This document shows, piece by piece, positions 1 through 9,840 of a DNA stretch of 64,000 nt. Position numbers and translations under genes: made by a program. The stretch comes from Epithemia pelagica (Eukaryota; Protista; Bacillariophyta). Every line of letters begins with the position of its first letter. The stretch's first letter is position 1. Location of the stretch: contig OX337231.1 of NCBI GenBank assembly GCA_946965045.2, forward strand, positions 1,736,001-1,800,000, read 5' to 3'. Below the pieces are notes generated by a model. It had not been told where the DNA came from. It saw only the letters and a program-made list of their open reading frames with translations, and made no database searches.

Positions 1-187
1 CAACTTCCCATGACTTGTTCGCAAGGGCTCGGACAATTATCACAGGTTCCTTGCTGCCTCTGAGAAATGCCCTGGACCCAGGACCCAACCGACCTGTTGT
101 TCCAACACCTGCTGGCATTTTCTTTCAGTGTCCTCGTGCTTGTTGTTGTTGTTGTTGTCGTCGTCGTCACCTGCACCTCGTTGTCCT

Positions 188-254
188 TGTGCTCAAGAAA
201 TTGACACTTTTGGTAATGATCCTCATTACCAAAAGGTTCGATCTCATGAGCACA
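188..254. repeat. Imperfect 32-bp inverted repeat with 3-nt loop (67-nt hairpin)
   Basis: Arm 188-219 matches the reverse complement of 223-254 at 27/32 positions; the inner 13 bp (207-219 / 223-235) are perfect. Confidence 0.85.
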
Positions 255-859
255 TGCTCTTCATGATGAATAATCCCGATGGGGACTGTTCAAATGGAGG
301 GAAAAACATGTAACTTGCCATTGTGTGGTCGTCTGTCGTCAGTTGATTGTCACAATCTTTTCTACAAAAATTCCCCCCTGGTCCCCCATGGAGTTCCGAT
401 TGGTTCCGAATCAGCGCGGGTCCAGAGGAGTCCGGGACACGTTGAGAAAGCCGACCATGGCACAAAAAATGGCGCGAAAGTACTGCTTCGGATGCAGGTA
501 ACATCACGACGTCCTATCATCGTCATAGGACTGTCATAGGACCTGCCGAAGCAATGTGCCCACTATGTCCCCACATGTGCCCACATGTGCCCACATGTCA
601 AAAATCGAGCACAACCCTCCAATGGAGATGCTCCTATGACCTAGATATGTCATATATGGGTGTCATGTGGTATCCAATGGTGACAGAGGATGTCTTGAAG
701 AAAAAGTTTGGGCATCCACATGTTGCCGTAGGCCTAATATTGATCATGTTCTATCTAGTTGAAAATATGTGCCCAACGGCCCATTTTGGCGTGTAATGGG
801 CACACGGCTAGAGGAGGCACTAGGACTACTCAATACTGAACTCAGCCGTCCTAGTCCTA

Positions 860-1770
860 CAAGCTGAGTTCAGACAGAATGTTCCTGTCGTAGCGCTCCA
901 GTAGTAAGACTACTTCACGGTGATTCATTCCTTTAGAGGAGGGTCGCCCGGCGCGGAGGGTAGAATGACGAGAAGGGCGTATGTTCGAGGAGGGCGCATG
1001 CCCGACAAGACATATGCCCGTCGAGTCATTCTACCGACAAGCCGGGCGCCCGACGAGGAAGGAATGAGAAATCACAGGGGAGTAATCTGCTTACTTTATA
1101 TCTAGATATATAGGTAGTGACTACCGCCCGGTTCTATTATGAGATGGGATGTCGCAGGGACATAATGTTCCTTCTATGATGTCGCGCGATTCGCACGATC
1201 ACTACTTCCCGGCTCTACAAAAAAATTCTACTGTAAAATAAAAATGTGAGACGAACTACCTGCATAGCTAGGTATATAGTTAGGAAATCTACGTAATACG
1301 CGCCAGCCATCTTTGTTAATATAGCCCTTATAATTATGCCTCTGTTGTGCAAAGTGCTTCCGAAACTCGACAATCTCGCGTTCCCCCCTTCGTTTTGTGC
1401 GAGACTATCGTGCGTGGGGTGCGTCCGATGATCATGTTATTGTGGATGATGCTGATGCGTTGAACTGTTGCCCCATTGGTGATGGTCCAACAACACCCTA
1501 AGGGAGCTGGATGCAGCTCGGCAACAGTTCAACAGGTCGGGACGGCCCTCCACCATGGTCAACACACTCGACTGTTTTTTCGTTATTTTTGACGAAATCC
1601 TAGCGTTCGGAAGAAATCACACATAACACTAAAGTTAATAAAATATTTATTTCAGCCACTAGGAAGTCGCTAGTCGGACACTAATAACGCAGAACGCTTT
1701 CCAGGATTACTCCTCTGGTACAAATTCTACAGGAGTCTACGACAGGAACACACTCCCTGAACTCAGCTTG
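860..1770. mobile_element. Non-autonomous TIR element (MITE-like, Tc1/mariner-type TA flanks)
   Basis: CAAGCTGAGTTCAG at 860-873 is inverted at 1757-1770. A second block GTTCCTGTCGTAG at 881-893 is inverted at 1737-1749. TA lies immediately outside both ends (858-859, 1771-1772). No long ORF inside. Confidence 0.65.
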
Positions 1771-2082
1771 TACCGCCTTGGCGGTTCAATTAGGGAAGAG
1801 AAGCGACGAGCTAGCTAGAGGTGAGCAGAACATAGACTCGTCAGATAGCATGGACTTCTGATTGCGCGCGCCTGCCAGACTTCTAGCGGTTGAACAGACG
1901 GTTGTTCTGAGCACCCGCCAAGCTCAAAGTGCTTCCATTTCAAATTCGACCATCATTCAGGTCGTGCGAATGATTGCGGGGAGCACTCCGACGAGAACTC
2001 AAACCATCAATGATCCGAGTCGGTCAGCTTCCGTTAGTCATTATCGTCCAGGTTCTTTTGCCGTAACTCTTCGTTTTTGACC

Positions 2083-2853
2083 ATGGCGTCCCCAGTGAAT
2101 CGTAACGGCAGCGCTCCTTTGAATCCTACTGATGATGATCTTTCTATGCTCGTCCATGTCGTTGCTCCGGCTACTCTTCCGGCCGGTTATACCTTTGAGG
2201 CAGAGATAAATGGAAATCCGGACAAGATTATAACGTGTGAAGTACCGGAAGGTGGTGTCACGGAAGGACAAATGTTTCTTGCACCGTTGCCAGTCACTTA
2301 TGATGGCGCCCGTCTCCGCGCACCGGTTGGTCAATGGAAAGACGGATTGTTTGGCTGCTTCAACTACGGACTTTGCCACGCTTCCCTATGCTGTTCCTTG
2401 TGGTTCACGCCTATTGCCATGGGACAAACGATTACCCGACTGAGTTTGACGTGGCTGGGCGAACCAGGTAGTTGGATGCAAGCTGAACGTGCCTTCAAAG
2501 TTATTTGTGTGTTGGTTGTATGTTCGACGATATATTCACTTTCATTGACGGTTGGTTCATTGCCCTACGAAGTCGGAGCACTGCCGCTGTGGTTAGCGCT
2601 CGCAAAGTTTTTGGGAGCTTTGCTAGTCACAGTCTGGTCTGTTTACAGTCTATGTCGTACACGTGAAACAGTTCGAGCACGATACCAAATCCCGGAGAAG
2701 CATTGTACAGGATGTGAAGATTTGTGTTGTTCAGTGTTTTGTTCCTGCTGTGCGGCAGCCCAGCTTTTGCGACACACTGGTGAATACGAAACATATCCAG
2801 GTGTGTGTTGCTCAGCAACAGGACATCCAGAAGGAACCCCACTATCCGTTTGA
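2083..2853 (+). CDS. PLAC8 family Cys-rich membrane protein
   Basis: GQWKDGLFGCF, CCSLWF and VRARYQIP..C.GCEDLCCSVFCSCCAAAQL motifs; N-terminal VVAPATLPAGYTFEA segment. Confidence 0.85.
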   Translation: MASPVNRNGSAPLNPTDDDLSMLVHVVAPATLPAGYTFEAEINGNPDKIITCEVPEGGVTEGQMFLAPLPVTYDGARLRAPVGQWKDGLFGCFNYGLCHASLCCSLWFTPIAMGQTITRLSLTWLGEPGSWMQAERAFKVICVLVVCSTIYSLSLTVGSLPYEVGALPLWLALAKFLGALLVTVWSVYSLCRTRETVRARYQIPEKHCTGCEDLCCSVFCSCCAAAQLLRHTGEYETYPGVCCSATGHPEGTPLSV

Positions 2854-3221
2854 GGCACCATGTGGTCGTATGACATCATTTAGAAGGACGAAGTTGACTA
2901 AACTCGATATGTATTGTATTAGTACTCCATAAAACTGATACCATCCGCTTGCTATTATCTCTCCCCCTAATAGATAGATCGATTTCCTTATGGGATATGG
3001 GATGGACAGTAACAGAAAAAATCTAGCTTCATCATGCGTAATTCCGTTGCTTTTCTCTTTTCCCGGTATGAACGAAATGACAAACTTGATGTGGATGTGC
3101 TTCGTCTCGGTCGATTCTCATGGATAAGATGAAAGTTCCAAATAATTGAGTTAATTCTACACCTTCAACAATTACTCTATTTCTACTCTATTTGTATCAC
3201 GAATTGCTCAATACAGGTTAT

Positions 3222-4769
3222 TCAAACTTCAGCCATTTTTCGACGAGACAGACGTTGTTTCCGTTCGTTCTTGACGGCCGGGAGTTTTGCCGTCCATGCT
3301 TTGGGAATGTTTCGTTTTGTGTGGCCTTCCATGAGTCTCTTGTATTCGCGGTTTGGTACACACTCTCTGAGTCGACTCAGTACCATATCACCGACACATC
3401 CGGCCTGACGACTCTCGAGGAATATTCGTTTGGTCCATTTTTTTCGTGCGGGAGAGTTGGGTGGCAATAGGCGAGAACATGCTTTGAGCATGTTGCCATA
3501 GGTTACATGGTTCGGCTTGACCTTGTCATTTTCCATTCGTCGATAGGTGGACACAGCGATATCAAACGCCTCGAGGCGATCTTCGGCAGATCCTCCTTCG
3601 GCTGCCGCACTGGCAATGACCGAAGTATAACCAAATACGTCTGGACGACATTCGAGACAGCCTGACTCATACAAGCTAATTTGACGATTCAGAATGGATC
3701 TTGCATACCGAAATGCACCTGGCTTTTTGGCTTTGGCCCAACATCCCATTGCCGTATTGAAGAGGATGGCGTCGGGTACCACCGAGGATTCGGCTCGGTA
3801 ACGTTTTTCGGCTCGTCGCAACAAGCGTTCTGCCTTTCGCGCAATCTGGAAGGGGTGTCCACTTTGCTTGGCAAGAGCTCCCATGGCGGTGCAATACGAA
3901 GCCTTGTCAGGAGCAACCATGGTGTCACCACTTTCTTCCAAGAGTTCCATGAATCCCAGCAAATCGTAGGCCCGATCCGCCGCATTGGCATGGGAGGAGC
4001 GAGACCACGAGGCCAAGACAGCATTGAAACTTGTGGTTCGAGGTTTCAGTTTCGAAGAACCTGTGTTTTCATACAATCGCTCCATTGCTGCAAGAACACG
4101 TTCTGCGTTTTCGGGAGCTTGTGGGTGTCCACACCGGCTCCAGGACTGAAGGACAATGTCGAAGCAATCCGAGTCAGGCATAATGTAGCTATTGACTCGT
4201 GGGTCTTCTTGAAACTTTCGAATCATGCTTTCCAGAATACGTTGGGCTCGGTGAGCACTGTGTTGTCCTTCAGCGTGTCTCCAGGCCATCAAGACTGTCT
4301 TGTAAGAGCACAAGTCTGGCTTGACAAGGCCGCCTTCTTCCTCCATTCGTTCCAATATGCGTTCACAACGCTCCGCCGCGGCGTCACCAGCACCTGATCG
4401 GGCCCATCCTTCCAACAGACAGTTGTAGTCATTGACGGTAAGGTCCGAAACCAACTCATTGCCCGCTCGTCGTTCATCGACGAGTCGCTTGACCAATGAT
4501 TCCAAGGCCAATGCTTTTTCAGTGCTTTTCTGTGGTGTCAAAGACCAAGCATACATGATTTCAGGAGCCGTGGTGATTTGCTCTTTCGACAACTGGCCCA
4601 ATCGTACATGAGTCAGGTCCGCCGTCATTTGTTTCAGCCATTGAACTTGTCGTTCTCGGGGTACGGCGTGCAGATGGATATAGGCGTCAACAACGACGCC
4701 AGTCCAGCTACCACAGAACATCCATACCAGACCAGCCACCATCGTAATAGGCAAAGCATGAGGCATCAT
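3222..4769 (-). CDS. Pentatricopeptide repeat (PPR) protein, probably plastid-targeted
   Basis: Repeated ~35-aa units (YNCLLEGWARSG, PDLCSYKTVLMAW, PRTTSFNAVLASWSRS, PDVFGYTSVIAS, KPNHVTYGNMLKAC). Likely start MMPHALP at 4769 with hydrophobic leader ending VDA-Y; the ORF-track start at 5156 is probably too long. Confidence 0.88.
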   Translation of the reverse strand: MMPHALPITMVAGLVWMFCGSWTGVVVDAYIHLHAVPRERQVQWLKQMTADLTHVRLGQLSKEQITTAPEIMYAWSLTPQKSTEKALALESLVKRLVDERRAGNELVSDLTVNDYNCLLEGWARSGAGDAAAERCERILERMEEEGGLVKPDLCSYKTVLMAWRHAEGQHSAHRAQRILESMIRKFQEDPRVNSYIMPDSDCFDIVLQSWSRCGHPQAPENAERVLAAMERLYENTGSSKLKPRTTSFNAVLASWSRSSHANAADRAYDLLGFMELLEESGDTMVAPDKASYCTAMGALAKQSGHPFQIARKAERLLRRAEKRYRAESSVVPDAILFNTAMGCWAKAKKPGAFRYARSILNRQISLYESGCLECRPDVFGYTSVIASAAAEGGSAEDRLEAFDIAVSTYRRMENDKVKPNHVTYGNMLKACSRLLPPNSPARKKWTKRIFLESRQAGCVGDMVLSRLRECVPNREYKRLMEGHTKRNIPKAWTAKLPAVKNERKQRLSRRKMAEV

Positions 4770-5403
4770 TGTGGATGGTAAAAACGGTGTGTTGCGAATG
4801 ATAATGATTCTTTTCAATGACTCTTTGGATTTTGTATCTCTTTGGTTTTGATAGTGCTGCTGATTCAATCTCGCCTTGAGAACAAAAAATACCAGTTGTC
4901 GTCGTTCTGAGTGAGCAGTTGTGGTTGGCGAGGATTCTTTGATCGGCGTGAATTTGGTTGGAAGATTTGGGATTCGATGCCGACACAGGTTGATTGGGTC
5001 TCCCCCGGAGGTGATTTGCTTTTGTTCTTGTTCTTTTGAGAAACGAAGAAGAAGAGACACGGAAAATGTCGTAGAGGGACAGCATCTGCAGAAGAGACAC
5101 AGCCCATCTGCCAATGAAACATCCCCGACAGCAAGTACCAGATCAGGACACGTCATTCAAAACATCTCCACGTCACGATAGAGCATCAACGGTGCGGACA
5201 GGAAGAACAAGAAGACACCGTTTTGGCGCTGTCTGTCTGTCGAGTTGATGTCATATCCCAGGCACGATGACGTGTTCACAGCTTCAACATGAAGATGACG
5301 TAATGAGTCATGAATAATATGACAGCGGGACAGGGAAAGGAGAGTGGATCTTTTTCTCATATGGATATCTGTCTCTCACCGGCGGCTCGTTTCGAGAGTT
5401 TCG

Positions 5404-6312
5404 ATGATTCCTCGCCGTACACTGTCTCTCTTGGTGCTATTCCATATCTGTAAGGGACTTGCGTTACAGACATGCTCGTCAGGTAGTCGCGACCACGTTC
5501 ACACCATTGGACCAACAGGACCAACAGTCAAGCCAACGTTGAGTCGAAGATGCGCTATCCAACAGGCTGTGAGAACCACCATGTCAGTCGTCGCGGCTGG
5601 ATGCACCGTGCCGGCAGTATGTCCTCATTTACCAGTTCGTGCGGCAACGCCTACGTCGCTTGGTGAATCAATCCGAAGATCCGCATCGAATATTCCAGGG
5701 CTAGGTCCGGCGGACATTTATTACCCCCTCTCATGGAAAGGCACATGGAAGGCATCACGCCAAGTTGTCATTCCCTCTTCTGCTTCCGGTGAACGGACCT
5801 ATCTGTTGAATTACCGACTGCGATTCCTTTCATCTGTGGTTGATAATGCGGTTGTGGCAGATCGAGGGTTTAACCAAGCCGAACTAGAGACGGCCTTGAA
5901 ACGACTAAGTCGTACTGACCTTGGAGTCAATAACGACAACATTGCGACGACGACAATCGTACGTTCGTATGAATGGACCGAGACCAACCCCAACAATCTG
6001 CGAATGGTCATGGCGGATGGGACGCGGAAAGAAATCAAAGTCACAAAGCGATCAGCAAGTGAAGACGGCTGGTCGGAAACGAGCGAATTTCAACGTGTGG
6101 TTTTCGAAGATGAGCGAGGAATACCTGAGGTTTCTGCTCGCCGTGTTTTGACAAAGTGGAGGATCGTGGATGAAACTTCAGTCGAGGCAATCGAAGTTGT
6201 GTATGATGCCGGAATGTCAGTCATTGATCCTATGGGGACTTCTTTCAATCCACCCAGTCAGCAAGGACAGCGATTGTTGTCCAAGTCTAGGCTTTTACTA
6301 GAGCGAGAATAA
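5404..6312 (+). CDS. DUF6816-like protein with signal peptide
   Basis: DIYYP.SW.GTW, VVADRGFN and NPNNL motifs recalled from this cyanobacterial/algal family; hydrophobic N-terminus. Confidence 0.6.
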   Translation: MIPRRTLSLLVLFHICKGLALQTCSSGSRDHVHTIGPTGPTVKPTLSRRCAIQQAVRTTMSVVAAGCTVPAVCPHLPVRAATPTSLGESIRRSASNIPGLGPADIYYPLSWKGTWKASRQVVIPSSASGERTYLLNYRLRFLSSVVDNAVVADRGFNQAELETALKRLSRTDLGVNNDNIATTTIVRSYEWTETNPNNLRMVMADGTRKEIKVTKRSASEDGWSETSEFQRVVFEDERGIPEVSARRVLTKWRIVDETSVEAIEVVYDAGMSVIDPMGTSFNPPSQQGQRLLSKSRLLLERE

Positions 6313-6490
6313 AGCCAGGAATAATGATAATGTCGCCGTCATCGCAAGCAAGTTCTTTCCACTTCTAATGAAGCAACTTGTACGCCGACTAGACTAATGG
6401 TCTAGAGTATGCGAAATGGATATTTTTATGCGACAGACGATGCCTGACCAACCATTGTCGATTAATACAAAAACTGGGACAATTGAAGGG

Positions 6491-6526
6491 TCTTTGTGAT
6501 GGGGTGGATATGAAAATATCCTGTTT
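6491..6526 (-). terminator. Histone H2A 3' stem-loop plus CAAAGA downstream element
   Basis: Minus strand reads AAACA GGATAT TTTC ATATCC ACCCC (stem 6521-6506); CAAAGA at +10 (6496-6491). Confidence 0.85.
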
Positions 6527-6561
6527 TGTTTTTGATTTCCAATTAGGATTGGAGTGTTGAT

Positions 6562-7167
6562 TTATTTGGCGGCAGACTTCTTTGGAAGAAGAACACTGTT
6601 GGATCGCAATAAAAAGGTATTGGGTGAGTGACCATGAAGACATCAAGTTATTCATTCTGAACCAGTGAACGTACGCATGGATGTTCGGAAGGACACCTCC
6701 GGAGGCAATAGTCTGAAAATTGGGAAATGAATGTGATTAGTTTGCCTTGTGTAAAGAAAGAACTAAAACGGATTCACCTCAGCATTCGACTTACCACACC
6801 ACCCAACAACTTGTTCAATTCTTCATCATTCTTTACAGCCAAAGTGATGTGACGGGGAACAATACGAGACTTCTTGTTGTCACGGGCAGCGTTTCCAGCC
6901 AACTCTGCAGAACAACAGCATTATGAGTTCATACTTCGATGATCGTAGCCCCATTCGACATGGACACTTACCAAGAATTTCGGCGCAAAGGTATTCGAGA
7001 ACAGCAGCCAAGTAGACGGGGGCACCGGCTCCCATACGGGTGGCGTACTTGCCCTGTCGGAGGTAACGTCCGATACGACCAACGGGAAATTGGAGACCAG
7101 CTTTGGCAGATGCAGTGGTGGACTTCTTCTCTCCACGGCCGCCTTTTCCTTTTCCTTTACCAGACAT
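6562..7167 (-). CDS. H2A: Histone H2A, 4 exons
   Basis: [16 protein letters not shown]...[15 protein letters not shown]; GT-AG introns at 6905-6971, 6713-6794 and 6596-6674 restore ...[14 protein letters not shown]. Confidence 0.97.
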
Positions 7168-7586
7168 GATGAATGCTTATCTCGAGATGTATTTGGAACA
7201 ACTGGATGTTTGAGTTATGAGAAGAAGAGAAGACAAAACGACCCTTTGGGAGGCTACGACAAAACTGCGTACAAAACGTTACTGTCGTAGGGGACTACGA
7301 ACAAATCCAGTTGGACCATCCGCGCCAGGATTTCGAATGGTTCAGAAAGACAGACGACCTACAGATTCTGGCTCGGATGTACTCTTCTTGGTTCAGTAAA
7401 TTCAATTCATAATTCATATGGGAGGGCTGGCGTGCGCCGGAACTTCATACGCTCCCGCCGAGATGGATTTCGGCGCGCGCCTGCCATGCAAATCATCTCG
7501 TCCCTCGTCCTTCGTCCTTACTTATTCCCATAAATCGGACGATCTCCAACTCTTGAGCCTTCGACTTCGACAACTTCTAAATCACA
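7168..7586. promoter_or_regulatory. Divergent H2A/H2B promoter with E2F-like TTTCGGCGC
   Basis: Lies between head-to-head starts; TTTCGGCGC at 7468-7476 is also found in the H3/H4 promoter. Confidence 0.6.
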
Positions 7587-8011
7587 ATGGCAAAGACTCC
7601 TTCCAAGCAATCGGCCAAGGCCCCTAAGAAAGCCGCTGGTGCCAGCAAGAAGAGCAAGAAGCGTACCGAATCTTATTCCTCCTACATCTACAAGGTTCTC
7701 AAGCAAGTTCACCCTGACACTGGTATCTCGAAGAAGGGAATGTCCATCATGAACTCCTTCATCAACGACATTTTCGAACGTATTGCTTCCGAAGCCGGGC
7801 GCCTTGCCACATACAACAAGAAGGCAACTCTCAGTAGCCGGGAGATTCAGACTGCTGTTCGTCTTATGTTGCCAGGAGAATTGGCCAAACACGCTGTTTC
7901 CGAGGGAACCAAGGCCGTCACCAAGGTAAGGGATAAATTGATTGAGTATCTTCCCAGCCAAACAGATACTGATGAACTTGCCTTTCTATTTATCAGTTTT
8001 CCACCAGCTAA
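7587..8011 (+). CDS. H2B: Histone H2B, 2 exons
   Basis: [27 protein letters not shown]...[11 protein letters not shown]; intron 7926-7996; last exon encodes FSTS*. Confidence 0.97.
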
Positions 8012-8049
8012 ATCAAACTTTCGGAGCAGAAAATTGCCTCGTCAATCAC

Positions 8050-8085
8050 AAACAGGATCTTCTTAGATCCACCCGATCACAAAGA
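8050..8085 (+). terminator. Histone H2B 3' stem-loop plus CAAAGA downstream element
   Basis: AAACA GGATCT TCTT AGATCC ACCCG (stem 8055-8070); CAAAGA at 8080-8085 (+10). Confidence 0.85.
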
Positions 8086-8486
8086 AAACCTCCTTTGTTC
8101 TCTCTTGGATAGCAAATTTATCATGCATAGAAACCAAGAAAACCGTAGCATCTTTCCTCAGGCTCTCCTGACGTTTGATGAAATCATATGGCTCAGGCTC
8201 GCTTAGTCTCTAAATGCTTTAGTTGGATAATCTTTTGTCTGTACAACTGGCAGTCTCTCTATTCTGTATCCAACTACCTTTACTCCACTTCGTCCATGCG
8301 TCTTAGGAGTAACTGATGAGACAGCAGATTTTTCACGCCGGTAATCGTATTCAGTATGCTTTGTAACAAGATCGTAAAAGGCGAATATTCCATACTTGAG
8401 GATTATGCACGAGTCTAATGGTACAAAATTATACATTAAATAGATCAGGAATGCTGTCTATGAATGGGTCACATTTGTTGTCTTTC

Positions 8487-8522
8487 TCTTTGTGTGTGGA
8501 TGGATATGAGAATATCCTGTTT
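8487..8522 (-). terminator. Histone H1 3' stem-loop plus CAAAGA downstream element
   Basis: Minus strand reads AAACA GGATAT TCTC ATATCC ATCCA (stem 8517-8502); CAAAGA at +10 (8492-8487). Confidence 0.85.
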
Positions 8523-8544
8523 GGAATGTCGAACGAAAAATAGC

Positions 8545-9220
8545 TTACTTCTTTTCGTCCTTGGACTTTTTCTTGGTCTCAGTTTTTTTGGCAGCTGGTT
8601 TCTTGGCTGTAGCAGTTTTCTTTGGGGCTGCAGCCTTTTTGGGTTTGGCTGTAGTGGTTTTCTTGGCAGCTGCTGGTTTAGCTGCTGAGGCTTTCTTTGT
8701 GGTTGTTGTTTTCTTTGTCGCTGTCGTCTGGTTGTTTAAAGTTAAACAAGAGCTCGGTGAGATCAGAGTCCAACCACACGAAGTAAAAAGTACAAGTTGA
8801 TGTTACCTTTTTGGGAGCTGCCTTTTTCGTTGTGGTGGTCGTCGATTTCGTCGAAGTTTTGGCGGTTTTTTTAGCAGCGGCGGCCTTACTTGTCGTTTTC
8901 TTGACAGGAGCCTTTGCTTTCGGTGCGGCTTTCTTTGGAGCAGCGGTCTTCTTCGTGGCAGCAGCTTCTTTCTTTTCTTGGGCCTTTGCCTTCGCAGCCA
9001 CATTTTTCTTGAAATCGGCAGACAACTTATAGGAGTTCTTGTTCTTTACAAAATCACCGGCCGTGACTCCATTTTTCAAGGCGAGAAGAAAGGTTGCGTT
9101 TTGCCATTTCTTATCTGCAGGAAGCTTATCTTGCATGAACTTCTTAATAGAAATCATAGACGACCCGGTGCGGTCCTTCAACTCGGTAATTGCTTCGATG
9201 ATTCCGGCCTTGTACGACAT
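8545..9220 (-). CDS. H1: Linker histone H1, one coding intron and a probable 5' UTR intron
   Basis: Globular domain MSYKAGIIEAITELKDRTGSSMISIKKF...SYKL plus K/A/T-rich tail; intron 8728-8806; GTGAGT...TTTCAG at 9238-9351 upstream of the ATG. Confidence 0.93.
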
Positions 9221-9840
9221 GATGAGATTATCACGTGCTGAAAGGGGGTAAGTACCAGAGAAAAGCAAAACAATTGCATAGAACAGTTAGGGAGCTACAG
9301 TTAGTAATCTCAATCATCTTGTATCATTCCAATGGTTTCATCTCAACTCACCTGTTCGCTCTCTCTCGTTGCCAAATCTACTTGAGAATGAATGCTCGTT
9401 GTGTCAACTATTGACGTGCTTTGTTGCATCGGCAGTTTGAGAGCAATCCGGAAAGACGGGTACACCTCATCGGAAGCGACCCAGATAAGATGAAACAAAA
9501 AATGAAAAACAAATATTCAGTGCTCGGGGTATTTAGAATTAGTATCAGCCTCATTCTTCCGCGCCATAAACGAACTATTCGCGCGGGCCAGCGACGATGA
9601 TTGCGAGACATTCGTAGCATCCTACGGATGAAATACGTATGTATGACATAGTACATGAGTCTACGAGAGACATGCGTGACTAAGCTATGCGATACATAAG
9701 TCGTATGTACTGGGTAGGAGTAAATACTCCTACTCCTAGTAGACAATGAGGAGTGGAGGGAAAACTTGATCTTTGATGTTGTGCACTTGATAAGCAATGA
9801 TGCCTTCGCTCTATTCTTCGTCTACAACAAGCTTCTATGT

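Noticed and set aside
903-1095. Assignment of the rod-like fold to SRP RNA, U3 snoRNA or a hammerhead ribozyme
   Set aside because: No SRP helix-8 motif, no box C/D pair and no CUGANGA/GAAA core on either strand.
4770-5156. N-terminal extension of the PPR ORF shown in the ORF track
   Set aside because: Reads like UTR/promoter sequence; a credible signal peptide starts at 4769.
8464-9251. Hydrophobic-looking plus-strand ORFs (8464-8688, 8561-8800, 8811-9032, 9039-9251)
   Set aside because: Antisense shadows of the K/A/T-rich H1 gene.
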